Shown here: positions 1 to 14,323 of the stretch, piece after piece
Position numbering within the stretch: the first letter of the stretch is position 1
Layout: every line of letters begins with the position of its first letter
DNA from: the human T2T-CHM13v2.0 reference genome, Homo sapiens
Direction: 5' to 3' (one strand)
DNA length: 64,000 nt
NCBI RefSeq assembly: GCF_009914755.1
Contig: NC_060925.1
Notes under the pieces: generated by a model
Database searches by the model: none
The model's input: only the letters and a program-made list of their open reading frames with translations
Told to the model about the DNA's origin: nothing
Made by a program: the position numbers and the translations under genes

Positions 1-496
1 AAAATGAAGCTGTCTACTGCCTCGAGGGAAAGAAAATAATGGATTTGGAAAGTGACATTCATATTTTAAATATTTCCAGGCCTGGTGATTTGTTTTTTAT
101 TTGTTATGTTCTACTGTAACTTGGGAGAAACTGGAAATGAATACTGATTAGAAATTTAATCAAAGAATAATGAATGCTATTTTGCCCTTTTTAAACCAAT
201 AACATTACATTTTTCTCTGAATATATGCTTCCTAATAAAAGCTAATGAAATTAGGACTATAATGCAATTTTTGAAATGGTCATTGATTTGTAAAGGTGCC
301 TAAAATGTGCTAAGAGACTCTGATAAAGTACTTTACAAAATAAATTTAGACTATAAAATATCTCCAGAAGATATTTTATAATCCAGAAGACTAATAAATG
401 GTCAAAAGTCAATGATATAATTCTAAGGTATAATGATTGTATTTATAATTTTCTATCACCTCAACCAGACAAAATTTTTCTATTAGAGAGAGACAT

Positions 497-760
497 TTTA
501 TTCATTCAACATTAATTCAAGTACGTATTGAGGGCCAATGTTGTAGCAGCTGCCTAATAGATGGTTGGCATATGGGGATTAAAATGTCATGTACATTTCC
601 TACTCTTATTGAGATTCACATTCTAGTGGCAAACAGATAACGTAGCTAGTCACAATAGTGTGGGTGTTGACCATGAGAGAAAACATTCTGTTATCAGAGT
701 ACATAAAATGAACACTTAAACCTTATGAATTCATGACAATTTTCCTAGAGAAAAGAACAC
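497..760 (-). mobile_element. L2 LINE 3' fragment (old, degraded)
   Basis: TTCATTCAAC..TATTGAGGGCC start typical of the reverse-complemented L2 3' end, followed by CACATTCTAGTGG-type L2 sequence. Confidence 0.55.
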
Positions 761-2456
761 TTACGTCAAGACCTTAACTTCTAACCTAAAATTATTCCCC
801 AAAGAAACCAGTAGTCATTTCATTCTTTCGAACATGATCACATTGATGCAAATAAAACTTTAGTGTAGCAGGGTCTCAATAATTGTTTGGTAAGGATCTC
901 TTGAATTTTTAAAAACAAATTCCAAAAATTTTAGTGATGCTTTTAAAAATTGCTTTTATCAAACTAATACACCTACCTAGTTTAGAAATTATATAACAGT
1001 CTCAGACAGATAATAAAAATTGTGCCCCATATCCAAATAACACCCTCCAGAAACAACCGCTTTAAATATTGTAGCCATTTCTTTAGTTACCTTCAGATTT
1101 TCAGCATTACTTTGACTTTGCTTTCTTGATTTTTTAGTTTTAGAAACAATTGCTCTCCCTTATGGAAGGACATTAATTATAGTTTGTTTTAGTTCTTCTC
1201 CTGCTCCCTTCTTGTTCCCTTTAAGTTGCTGTTCTTTCTCATTGTGGTATTCTCTTTCATGCTGAGGACTTTGCTATTAAAAAATAAAAATAAAAAAACA
1301 ATCTCTGGCTTCCATTAAATATTTTAAATATTTTAAAGTAGTGAAAAGTTGATTAGGTGTTTTCTGTTGATGGACAGAAATATATATTCTTGGACTTGAG
1401 AGTAAAGTGATCTGGCAAGGATCAAACGTAAAAATGTCAGCCTCAATAGTAAATGCTGGCTCATTCACCTGTGTGGGTGTCAAAAGTGGTGGTATGCATG
1501 GCAGAAGCCTGGGAATGGTGTACAGGAAAGAGGTAGCAACCCTTGTCATTCTATGCATAGACTTTCTCTTTCACCGTCGTTGTCAATATAATACGTTAAT
1601 TCTGTTCTCAACTGTGCTCAATATCCTGGAGCCCTTCTGTTGATTTTTGCCTAGAATTATCCTTCTGTCTTCCTGTTAGGATGCATAGCAGAACTGGGGG
1701 TGAGGGTGGGATAAAACTGATCCAAATAGTGTTTAAGCAAACTTGTTTTCAGCGGCCAGTTTTCAATCCCATTGCTAATTTCCGGTTGGCATTTCCAATT
1801 ATCTACAAGATAAATTAAATTGCTTCTTGTTGATTTCTCCATCTGCAAAATGTTATGCTTCAGCTTTCACTGTTCTGACAAATATCCATCAAGTATTCAA
1901 CTTGTCAAAAATTTTTTGTAGCACTTTTTTATTCACTCTTGCCTTTTTTCCATTCTTCTTTGCATCCATGGAATTAGATTATTTGTCCGTTTTTTAATGT
2001 TCTTTTTCTGAAAATTTAGGAAAGCATGGACATAAGCACATATATTCAATTCACCATATTTAACCAAAAATCTGCTGGGCATATATGTTACATAGATGCA
2101 TGCACGCATGCATGCATTTGCTGATGGATTTCCTCATGTAAAATCTTAGAATGCTGAGTCAGTCTCAAGTCTTTATGTCATTATTTGCCGCAAACCAGCA
2201 CATGGGAAATAATCTTGTGAATGCTACCATGTGTCTCTGTTTGTCATTATGATATCCCTAGGGCTTTGACACAGAATAAGTATTTGGTGAATATAGTCGG
2301 CTGACTGACAAAATGATATGCCATTAAGCCTTGAATCATTGGATTTTAAAGCTTTGTTCTTTATGATTATTTTGGTGTGATTATTTGTTAATAGGAACAG
2401 TATTTCTATGAATAAATTCAGCAAAGCCTATTGAAAGATGTCTCTTGGTGCTGTAA

Positions 2457-3482
2457 ACATATATATGTATATATATAATATACACACATATATACATTTA
2501 TATAAATATTAAATTTATGTATATATAAATTTAAATTTTAAACATATAAATATTAAATTATGTATATATAAATTTAAATTTTATGTATAAATATTATTAA
2601 ATGTATGTATATAAATTTAAAATTTATATGTTAAATATTAAATTTACATATAGTATTAAATTTATATATAAAAAACAAATTTGGATATATAATTTGAAAT
2701 TTTATGTATATTATTAAATTCACACATATAAATTGTATTAAAATTAAATAAAATTTAATATTTCAAATATATGTATATATACATATATACAACATAAAAT
2801 TTTAGAGATATATTAACATATATTAGTGTCTCCCATATATAATTATATATAATATATAATATATTATATAAATATAGACATATATTATATATACATTATA
2901 TATTATATAGTATACATGTATGTTATATATTATATTACATATTAAATCATATACTTATATATTATATAATAGTATATTTATACATGATATATTAGTATAT
3001 TAATTTATATATCATTTTATATTTAATATGTATTACTCTTTAAGGTAATATGTATTACTTATTACTTATCTATAGTAATATGTATTACTCTCTAGAGCAA
3101 TATATATTAAATTAAAAATGAATTAAATTAATATTTATTAAATTAAATTAAATTTTGGAGTCTTAAATTTTAGAGTAATATATAATTATATGTAACTATA
3201 TAATTATAATATATAATACAATATTATATATTACTTATACTATAATTTATAGTATATATAATTCATAGCATATATACTATAAATATAATTTATAGTATAT
3301 ATAATATAATATTAAAATTATAGTATATATAATATAATATTAATATAATTTATAGTATATATAATATAATATTAATATAATTTATAGTACATATAATATA
3401 ATATTAATATAATTTATAGTACATATAATATAATATATAATAATTATATATAATATATGGTAAAATATATATTACTCTAGAG
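2457..3482. repeat. AT-rich low-complexity/(TA)n-derived block with a 32-bp minisatellite
   Basis: Almost entirely A/T. Unit TATAATTTATAGTA(T/C)ATATAATATAATATTAA at 3344-3375, 3376-3407 and 3408 onward, with variant copies from ~3284. Confidence 0.95.
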
Positions 3483-4294
3483 TTTATTTTTAATTTGTCA
3501 TCTTATTCCATAAATTGGGCTGAGCAGTGTGCTCTACCTTCAAGGCAAAATGATTCAGGCCCTATGTGGAACAGGAAATTTTACTGCTTTCAGCAGAGCT
3601 GACACACAGTTATTTAAAATTCTGATCATGTAAAGAAGCTCTGCTACAGTCTTTAGACTTTCTGGAACATAGCTTACCAAGTCTAGTTTGACAGTTTCTC
3701 CTGTATACCTCTAGGCCTGTTTCTCAGAACTGCATTGACGATGTTGCTTATATCACTTATTCTTCCAACCAGTTTAAAACTAGTTCTGGCTTATCATAAT
3801 CTATCACTGTGACCTTAACTGAAGTGCTTTGCTAATTCTGTATCTTGCTTCTATATTTTTCCAACATACCCAGTAAAAGATATCTTTCAAATATTTCCCA
3901 TGAGTTCACTTGCCTGCTCAGTATAAACCAGTGTTTCATTTAGAAAGTAAATCTTTTTCTTTTGTGCTTTAGATTTGACCTATTTTTTTTTATTTTTATA
4001 ACCTGCTTTGCGTATCCCATCCACATGTCTTAAAGAGTAACAGCCATAGTCATCTTAAGTCAGATGTGTTTTCCTATATCCCTGCTTAGATGTATGTTTC
4101 ATGATTATGGATTATGGTGATACATAGAAGGAATAGTTTTGTCTTTCCAGCAAAACAACTACTTTTTAATAAGAAATTATAAAACTTTGATATTAAAAAA
4201 TCAAATCTATGTGACATATTTATTTTGCTTTTAACTCCAAATTTGGATATTTTATTGAATAAATAATATCAGCTCTTACTTTATTCTGAAAGAC

Positions 4295-4560
4295 AATATA
4301 ATATAATGGTAAATTAAATGGAATCTCCAGTTAGCCTACATATGGTATAATCCTGATTTTGCCACTTATAAGTTGTGTGATCTTGGTCAATTTACTCTAA
4401 ATTATATAAACTTCACTTTACCAACCTGTTCAATGGAGATGGTTATAGTCACTATTTCATAGACTTTTTAAAAGGTTATATAACTTGATAGATAAATGAA
4501 GCATTTATAACATGTCCAACATATGGTATACATTATAGAGGTATTTGCTGTCATTATTCC
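4295..4560 (+). mobile_element. MIR SINE
   Basis: MIR core AATCCTGATTTTGCCACTTATAAGTTGTGTGATCTTGGTCAATTTACT...CTGTTCAATGGAGAT and tail ...TGCTGTCATTATT. Confidence 0.75.
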
Positions 4561-4849
4561 TTTGGGTCACTATAATAATGAGAGAAATTTTAGTTAACAT
4601 CTAGAACTTTTAATAGATTATTTAAAACATATCATTTAACTATAGAAGTATCTAATCTATCTAAAGTAAAAGTTCAATTAGCTGCATCTCAGAACTTCTA
4701 TCCAATCCTTCAAATACGGCATGGGCTATTTAATTTTATCCAACATCTGCTAAATAGTTGTAGTTTGATTTGTTTGAGAATTCTCTCATGCTGAGATAAA
4801 ATTTCTTTCATTGTTATTTCCACTAATTATTGCTAACAATATGTAATTA

Positions 4850-5190
4850 GAGGCAGAGGTAGACAATGTCCCTATTGCCTCCCAGTTACTAGTGCCTGAA
4901 ACCCAGCAGCATAACCACCTTTTGATCACAATGGATGTATAGCATCCTTGAGTTAGCTTGATTTAGTTCCTCTTAATTGAGAACAAATTGTCTTGACCAA
5001 TATAATATTTATACTTTAACCAGCATTCTTTATGTGTCTCTTTCAACCAATCAAAAAAAGATCCCAAAGTGTTATCCAATCCATGTTTCACCACTTTAAT
5101 TTGCAGGAAGCTGTGGCCAAAGGTCCTGCTAAAATCAAAATACTCTGCCTTATGACCAACCTCCCTTAATCTGTTAACCCAATGATCCTA
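4850..5190 (-). mobile_element. possible L3/CR1 LINE remnant
   Basis: CAAAGGTCCTGCTAAAATCAAAATACT...CCCTTAATCTGTTAACCC resembles the antisense of the CR1 RT region; highly decayed. Confidence 0.3.
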
Positions 5191-7167
5191 TGGATAAAAT
5201 GGTCAACAATAGACATAGTTGAACATAAAATCAAGTTCTGAATCAGTAGGTCTATGGGTCATTTAAAAGTAGAGGAATGTCTGAAGAAAAACCATCACAC
5301 ATGGTAAAGATAGAGGTAAAAAATTCTTTGTGAATGAAGACTAGGTGGTGAGGGAAGAGGAAGAACAATGGCCTTAAGAGAATTTAGGCAAACCAGGTTC
5401 TTTAATACCTCAACAAGACCATTTCATTTTACATTTGATTAGGTTATTGTAAGATGTGCTTTCAGGATTTAAGGGCAAAAAATAGAAAGGCTAAGGGAGA
5501 CTAAAGAGTTTCATATTACCAGAATATAATGCTTCAATTTGAGTGTATCTTAACTCCACACTTCTTAGAGGAAAGCTAATTGTTCTTGATTAACTCATGA
5601 CTCCTGCACCGCTGACAACACTGAAGCCTTGATTTTTTTATGTCATTTTTACTTGAGTCTTTTTTTAGATAAAGATGATTTAAAGTGCCCCATAAGGCTT
5701 AGAACTGAAAGTCAAGTAACATTTCATTTCGTTTTATAACTAGAAATTCAAAAACCATACAACTTATTTAGAATTGAAAAACAATTACAAATATCGTCAA
5801 ACCCATTATTGCAAGTATAATTCGCTTATTTCATTATATAAATAGTTTCTGTTAAAAACTTGATCATTTCAGGGGATTAAAAATAACAGAAAGGATTTGT
5901 TGCAGTTTACACATTTGCGTTTTACAAAGTCATAGCCATGGTACCACTTAAAAATGTTTGAACATAATTTGTTGATGCAATATGCAACATGCTATATGAA
6001 AATTCAATTGGCATTTGAAGTTTTTCTTTTTAAGAGATGTTAGAATTATAGTACTAACCAAGGCTAATCTGAATGCCTCTGACTTTAAAAACATTGCCAT
6101 GACATTTTTCTTTCACAGTGACCTAATCCAAAAGATCTTGGTTTCTGAACTACTGCAGGGTTCTGCACAGGAGATTTAATATTTTCAGCTGTATTTCAGC
6201 AAAAGCCTCAACATAACGCCAAGAACACTGCCTTAATTCGTCCCGAAAACCCGGTAATACTTAACAAATATCACTTTCAATTTTCATGTCTCCTCTGTTA
6301 TTTTCTTCATATTTCATTCATCTTTCCTCAATGTAAATTTTTCTTCATTGAGTTACAGTAAATCAAAAGAACAATAATGTTAAATTGGGGACTAGAGGGT
6401 TTTAGAAAAATGACATTATGTCTGGTAAATCTACTTGCTAAATGCTTAGATAGACCATGTATATATGATATTATGAAAATGTAGCTCTAATGAGTGTAAT
6501 TTAAAAAGTAAAATAAATATTTAAAAAAACCTTCATGGCTTTTAGAAGTACAAAATAAGATTTGAACTTAGGATTTTATAAAACAAATATATATTTTAGG
6601 CTGCATTTATAGTTAGCATTTTGTATAGATTACTCATATTTTCACTTTTATTTTACTTGGTCTCCTTGCGTGTTTGTGATTGTCTTATTATGTTTTATGG
6701 CCATGTTATGTGACCATGTAATTGTTAACCCTCCATAAATTAGTGCTGATATATGAGAGTGTTATTTTATAAATCTAAAGCATACAATAGTCATTTTTTC
6801 TTGGAAGCATTTTTGGACTTCTATACCCTATTTTAAGCAAAATTTTCTGTATAATAGCTACTATTGGTTTCTGTCTTAAGGTATTTCTAGATATATTACA
6901 AGTATCATTTCCAGGCTTAGCTATAAATTTCTATTATTTGATAAACTTAATTTTTTCAAAATAGTTTTTGCATTTTTGGATATTTAATATTCTTTGGAAA
7001 TTTGTAGAACAGAATTAACTGAAGAAGACCCAAATTTTGTTGTGAAAAATACATAACTTGTATCAATGTTAATAAAAAGAATAAGCCAAAATATATTTTT
7101 ATGAATATGCTTGGTATAACTGAATCTTTTGAAAAGATTTATGCTGATAAAGAGATATTTGGGAGAT

Positions 7168-7194
<27 letters not shown>
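7168..7194. repeat. (CA)n microsatellite
   Basis: Direct reading. Confidence 0.97.
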
Positions 7195-7200
<6 letters not shown>

Positions 7201-8707
7201 ACTTTATTTCAGATAATTTTTAGAACTAACGTGATATCAAATGCAAAGCATATAGGAATACCATTTTATTGTTCTTTCCAGTAGCAGTGATAGATCCAAT
7301 TAGCTTTATTCTTCATTTTTCACTCAGCTGGTCTATGGGAAGTAAACTTAAGTCAGCAAGAGAGTGTGAAAAGAAAGAACACACTCTTGAATATAATATA
7401 TTAAATATTATATTCAATATATAAGTAAAATACATCACTCTCAATTATTTTACTAGAATATCATTTCCAGGTAATGTTTCTACTATATTGATGGAAGCTA
7501 TCTAGGCAACTTTTTATATTACTCCCTTCTTAAAACTGTTTCTAGCTTTAGGCAGATCCAAAATGACATGTCATAGGGTTATCTGAAAGATGTCATGTAA
7601 CCATGGCAATTTTTTTCTTGCCTGATAATTCAGCCCATATTCTGTAATAAAAGAACAGATCACAAAGGAAAGCTAATGAGAAGGTGATGAGTCCAGGTGG
7701 TAACCAGGCAGTGAGCAAAGAGGAAGAAGTCAAGAAGAGCAACCTTGAGCTCAGACACCACTGTGCAAAGGGAAAGCTCTTCCTTCCTCAAGGAATTTTA
7801 ATGCTTAACATTCTGAATTGTGAGAAGTATTGAAGAATCTCACCATCTCTCTATTTGGCTCTCACTCCTTCTGTTTTATAATTATTAACGTTCATTTGAA
7901 AAACAATTTAGCAACATTGTACTCTGATATTGTGGAGATAGAGTTGACTTACAGTTGGACTGGAAATACTCTTTATCTCTGGAGATACCTGAATATCTAG
8001 TTTTTAAACCTTAAACAAAATAAGCACAATGGAGTTTATATGTACTGTTTAAGGTCTGAAATCCTCCTGTAGTGATCCCCAGGGTGACTTTCTTTACTAA
8101 TGGTTTACAACTGTCCTAAACCGTTTGAACCCTGACTTCATTATTGAAAAGGCTACTGACAACTGTTTCCAGGGAGTTCTTCAAAAGCCAAGATTCTTTG
8201 CACAGATCATGGCAGTGCAAGCCAGAGGCTGGCACAAATAAAGACTCTGGGGAATTCACAGTACATACTATCTCTCAGGTCTTGCACTCTATTTCTGTCA
8301 CTGCACCACATTCTTTGCTTACCCAGGTGTACCCTGTGGAGACTCTGGTGAGTCTCTCTTAGGAGAACTTACTATGCGTATTTGTATTTTGATATATCTT
8401 TTAATATTGGTCCAAGGTATAGTGTTCAGGTCTCCTTTAAATCCTTGAAACATTAATACCTTTAAAATAATGTACCTCATCTAGTGTGTAAACAGCTTTT
8501 CCCAGCTTTCACTTTGGCTTTCCTCTTCAAAACCTTCCCAGGTGGTTCTTGGTTTGGTCCATGCAAATACTACCCAGAGGCTAACATCCCTGTGCCTGAG
8601 CTGGCCATGGAGCTTCCTGTTTATCATGCTGTTAACCGAGTCAGGCAGGTTCAGGTGGAAAATTGCATAGGTAAATTTCACCTTATCCAATGATGCAGAA
8701 TAAGATA

Positions 8708-9400
<693 letters not shown>

Positions 9401-10199
9401 TTTTTGAAGGTATTCAAATGAGGTATTCTCTTCTTACATAGTGTTTTATCTTTAATAACACTTCTGTGATATAAAAAACAAAGTATGCTTAAATTACGCT
9501 AAGCTCAGTTTCAAAGTAATAGGTAATAATTACAAAACATTATTGGCATTCCAGACATTCAAGAACATGGAAAGCATGCAAAATCAATATTTTCAAGAAG
9601 ACTGGGAGTCAATATTGTGAACATTAAAGTAAACAAGAAGCTATCGAACATAAAACATAGCAAAATAGAGCATGACAAAGAGTCTAATTTCTCTTCTGTC
9701 AAATGCTATATTTTTCCTATGTGTGCCCACAATTTAAATTTTTCTATGACCTAAAAAGAAATAGTTGCCAAAGTGAAAGTATTCAGAGAAGTTCTTTGGT
9801 AAGAAAAACTTTTGTTTTATTTATATTCATTGATAAATAAATCATTGATTATTATTTAAGCACATATATGCTTATCATCTTGAGCAGAATCCTTCTAAAG
9901 CAAGATAAATGTATGTATACAGTATGTTCTTTTCTGCACTAGATAGACCTTTTTCTGAAACACTTAATTTTTCAGAATTGGGTTTACATGGCATAAAGCA
10001 TATCCCTGTGGAAAGCATAAAGATGGAATCAGAAAATCAAATTTGACTTAAAAAATAAATCAAATTGAAAGTATTTAGTGATATTATACATAAAGTAGTT
10101 GAAAGATATATTGTAAATATGAAGGCTTTTATGTACACTATATATAAGAATTAAGTTGAAAATGAAAGTTGTATAGTGAATTAACAAAATAGAACCCAA

Positions 10200-10283
10200 T
10201 TGAGGCTATAGTGAACTATCATGCCACAGCACTTGAGCCTGGGAAACAGAGAGAAGCACTGTCTCAAAAACAAAACAAAAAAT
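10200..10283 (+). mobile_element. Alu 3'-end fragment (AluJ/monomer-like)
   Basis: TGAGGCTATAGTGAACTAT...GCACTTGAGCCTGGGAAACAGAG...TGTCTCAAAAACAAAAC. Confidence 0.8.
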
Positions 10284-11033
10284 ATAACTCAAAAAGAATT
10301 TTAATTTGCTAGTATTATAATACTTAATCATTCTTTTTTAGTAACAATAAAAATTTTTAATGTAATTCTTTATTTTTTCTTAGAGTCACCTTCTAGAACA
10401 GTCATGATTTAGAATCCATTTGAATTACACGTTTGAAGTTTCAATATATTTTCTGTTTTACTAGTTCAGAATTACTTTGCATAATAATAAATATATTTGC
10501 AAATATGATTGTTTTAGCAAATAAAGTTATGATCATCTATAATTCCACAATCCAGAAACAACCACTAAGTATCAAACTCTTCAATTTAAAAACTCTTAAA
10601 TTATTTTCTTACCATAGAATTGAATCACAGAGTATGTACATTGTAAGAGAGTTTTGATATCTGTTCCTGATTCAGATTGTCATACAATATTTTAATACAG
10701 CCCATATTGGATGTGGGTTACCCCAATTTTTATACCATCATTGATATTTTGTATTATTCATTTATATTTATTAGTCTGGTAAAAAATTGATTTGTTTTGC
10801 AATTCTGGATTAACAGTGAAGCTCTTATGTTAGATATAGATGTGGAAAATGCACATAAGCTGTATATTCCACCATACACAAAAATCATTTTCAGAGGAAT
10901 ATAGATCAGAGTGTAAAAGGTCCAGTAATAAAGCTTCCATAAGAAAACCCAAGGGGGTATTTTCATGACCTTGAGAAAGGGAAAGAGTTCTTTAAAATGA
11001 CACACAAAAAAAATAACCATAAAAGGAATTATT

Positions 11034-11326
11034 GGCTTGGTGCGGTGGCTCACGCCTGTAATATCTGCACTTTCGGAGGCTGAGGCAAGCAGATCTCTTG
11101 AGTCCAGGAGTGCAAGACCAGCCTGGGCAACATGGCAAAACCCCATCTCTACCAAAAGAAAGTACAAAAATCAGCCAGGCATGGTGAGGCACCTGTGGTC
11201 TCAGCTACTCGGGAGGCTGAGGTGGAAGGATAGCTTGAACCCAGGAAGCAGAGGTAGCAGTGAGCCTAGATAGTGCCACTGTGTTCCAGCCTGGGTGAGA
11301 AAGCCAAACACTGTCTCAAAAAAAAA
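11034..11326 (+). mobile_element. AluJ
   Basis: Dimeric Alu with J-type diagnostics (CCTGGGCAACATGGCAAAACCCC; GAGGTGGAAGGATAGCTTGA). Confidence 0.9.
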
Positions 11327-11328
11327 AT

Positions 11329-11418
11329 AATATATATATATATATACACACATATATATATACACACACATACACACACACATATATATACACATATATA
11401 TAGAGAGAGAGACAGAGA
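11329..11418. repeat. compound (TA)n/(CA)n/(GA)n microsatellite grown from the Alu tail
   Basis: Direct reading. Confidence 0.95.
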
Positions 11419-12347
11419 TTAAAAATAATAATTTGTTTTTTAGAGAGTAAAAATGCAAGAACAAAATGAAATACATTTTTAGCAAATTTAGCTGAAAACA
11501 GACTTGTATTCAGAGTATGTAAAAAACTGCTATGAAACAATAAGAAAAGATGTTCTGACAGAAAGGAATGGATATAATAAATGGACAAATATAAATAAAT
11601 TAGAGGTTTGCAAATTAAGATATCTACATGTCCATTTAACATGTGAAAGTACTAAACTTCATTAGTCAGTCATCAAGAAAATGCAAGTTAAAACCAGAGT
11701 GAGATACTACCATAAGTTCACCAGAAGGGCAAAATTAAAAACACCACAAAATACTCCTGAGATATGGATCAATGAGAATTCTTATATATTGCTAGTGAGA
11801 GTGTAAATTTATGCAACTACTTAAGAAAAGTACAAAATTATCTAATAAATTTAAACATACACATCTCTCATTCAGCAATCCACTCCTAGATGTATGCAAA
11901 ACTGAAGTGTACATATGAGCAAAAAAAGATGATATATATTAATTTTGTGTTATTTTTAATAGCCCAAAGCAACAAACAACCCAAATGTTTATCAACTCTC
12001 ATATAGATAAACAAATTGAATTATATTAATAAAATAAAATACCATAGCTATGTGTAATAACAGCGATAGATTTCAAAAATATAATTTGGAACAAAAACAG
12101 GTAGGCACAAAAGAATACATATTTTATTATTTGATTTATATAAATTTCAAAACCAGAAATACTATAGTGGGGATTAAAAGAGCAATGTTTACTTTTATAT
12201 TTTTATTTTTTATTATACCCATCCTAGTCGATATGAAGCATTATGGTTTTTCTGTGTCTTTTAAATTATTTTTTATTTTATTGTTTCTTTTGTATTTTTT
12301 CCTTTTATATTTTTTTACTTATTCATTTATTGACTTATTTATTTTGT

Positions 12348-14323
12348 TCATGACTAAGTTCTTTAGTCGTGATTTCTGAGATTTTGGTACACCCATCAAC
12401 TGAGCAGTATACACTAAACCCATTTGTAGTGTTTTATCCCTCACCTCCTTCTCACTCTTCCCACACACATCAAGCCCCCAAATCCATTGTATCATTCTTA
12501 TGCCTTTGTGTCTTCATAGCTTAGCTCCCAATTATGAGTGAGAACATACAATGTTTGGTTTTTCATTCCTGAGTTACTTCATTTAGAATAATGATCTCCG
12601 ATCTCACCCAGCTTGCTACAGATGCTATTGTTTCATTCCTTTTTATGGCTGACTAATATACTGTGGGGTGTGTGTGTGTGTGTGTTTGTATATATATATG
12701 CCATGTGATATATATATATATATCTCACATTATATGTATGTGTATGTATACATATATACATATACATAGATACATACATATATACATATACATATATGTG
12801 TGTGTATGCATATATATATATATATATGCAAAACATTTCCTTTACTAGTTGACTGATGGGCATTTGGGCTGGTTTCATATTTTTGCAATTGTGAATTGTG
12901 CTGCTATAAACATGGTCATGCCAGTATTTTTTTTTTTTTTTCGTACAATAACTTCTTTTCCTCTGGGTAAATACCCAGTACTGGGATTGCTGAATCAAAT
13001 GTTAAATCTACTTTTATTTCTTTAAGGAATCTCCACACTGTTTTCCATAGTGGTTGTGTTAGTTTACATTCTCACCAACATTGTAAAAGTGTTTTCTTTT
13101 CACTACATCCATGCAACATCTATTACTTTTTGGTTTTTTGATTATGGCCATTCTTGCAGGAGTAAGGTAGTATTGCATGGTGGTTTTCATTTGCATTTCC
13201 CTGATCATTAGTGATGTTGAGCATTTTTTCCTATATTTGTTGGCCATTTGTATATCTTCTTTTGAGAATTGTCTATTCATGTCCTTTGTCCACGTTTAGA
13301 TGGGATTGTTTGTTCTTTCCTTGCTGATTTGAGTTCCCTGTATATTCTGGCTATTAGTCCTTTGTCAGAAGTATAGATTGTGAAGATTTTCTCCCACTCT
13401 GTGGGCTGTCTGTTTACTCTGCTTATGATTTATTTTGCTGTGCAGAACTTTTCACTTTAATTAAGTTCTATCTATTTATCTTTGTTTTTGTTGCATTTGC
13501 TTTTGTTTTTTTGGTCATGAAGTCTTTACCTAAGCCAACGTCTAGAAGTGTTTTTCTAATGTCATCTTCTAGAACTTTTACGGTTTCAGGTCTTATATTT
13601 AAGTCTTTGATCCATCTTCAGTTGATTTTTATATAAGGTGAGAGAAGAGGATCCATTTTCATTCTTTTACATGTGGCTTGCCAATTATCCCAACACCGTT
13701 TATTGAATAGGATGTCTTTTCCCCACTTTATGTTTGTTTGCTTTATCGAAGATCAGTTGGCTGTATTTGGCTTTATTTCTGAGTTCTCTATTTTATTCCA
13801 TTGGTCTATGTGCCTATTTTTATACCATTACCATGCTGTTTTGGTGCCTATGGCCTAATAGCATGGTTTGAAGTTGACTAATGTAATGCCTTTAGATTTG
13901 TTCTTTTTTTCTTAGTCTTGCTTTCACTATGTGGGCTCATTTTGGTTCCATATGAATTTTAGGATTTTTTTTTTTCTGGTTCTGTGAAGAGTATTGGTGG
14001 TATTTTGATGGGAATTGTATTGAATTTTAGAATGCTTTTGGTAATATGGTCATTTTCTCCATATTGATTCTGCCCATCCATGAGCATGGTATGTGTTTCC
14101 ATTTGTTTGCATCATCTATGAATTCTTTCAACTGTGTTTTGTAGTTTTCCTTGTAGAGGCCTTTCACCTCCTTGGTTAGGAATATTCCTAAGTATTTTAT
14201 TTTTCTTGCAGCTACTGTAAAAGTAATTGGGTTTTTTTATTTGATCCTCAGCTTGGTTGCTGTTGGTGTATAGCAGAGCTACTGATTTGTGTACATTAAT
14301 TTTGTATCCTGAAACTTTGCTGA
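12348..14323 (-). mobile_element. L1PB (L1PB1-like) 3' part; non-inverted segment of a 5'-inverted insertion
   Basis: L1PB 3' UTR antisense (GAGATTTTGGTACACCCATCA..., CATAGCTTAGCTCCCA); ORF2 C-terminal peptide [15 protein letters not shown] in ORF 13059..13280. Confidence 0.92.
12667..12828. repeat. (TG)n/(TA)n/(TACA)n microsatellite inside the L1PB
   Basis: Direct reading. Confidence 0.95.

Larger units (their letters stand above)
10860..12190 (+). mobile_element. L1ME-type ORF2 end and 3' UTR fragment interrupted by AluJ
   Basis: CACCATACACAAAAATCA..., AAAATGCAAGTTAAAACCAGAGTGAGATACTAC, CAGCAATCCACTCCTAG, AAACAACCCAAATGT. Confidence 0.75.

Noticed and set aside
842-854. CATTG-ATGCAAAT and other octamers (e.g. 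8561-8568) as OCT/SOX sites
   Set aside because: Spacing differs from the canonical SOX-OCT composite, and isolated octamers are expected by chance in AT-rich DNA
11201-12998. ORFs rich in Y/I/C/V/H/T
   Set aside because: Translations of (TA)n/(CA)n microsatellites and Alu or L1 sequence
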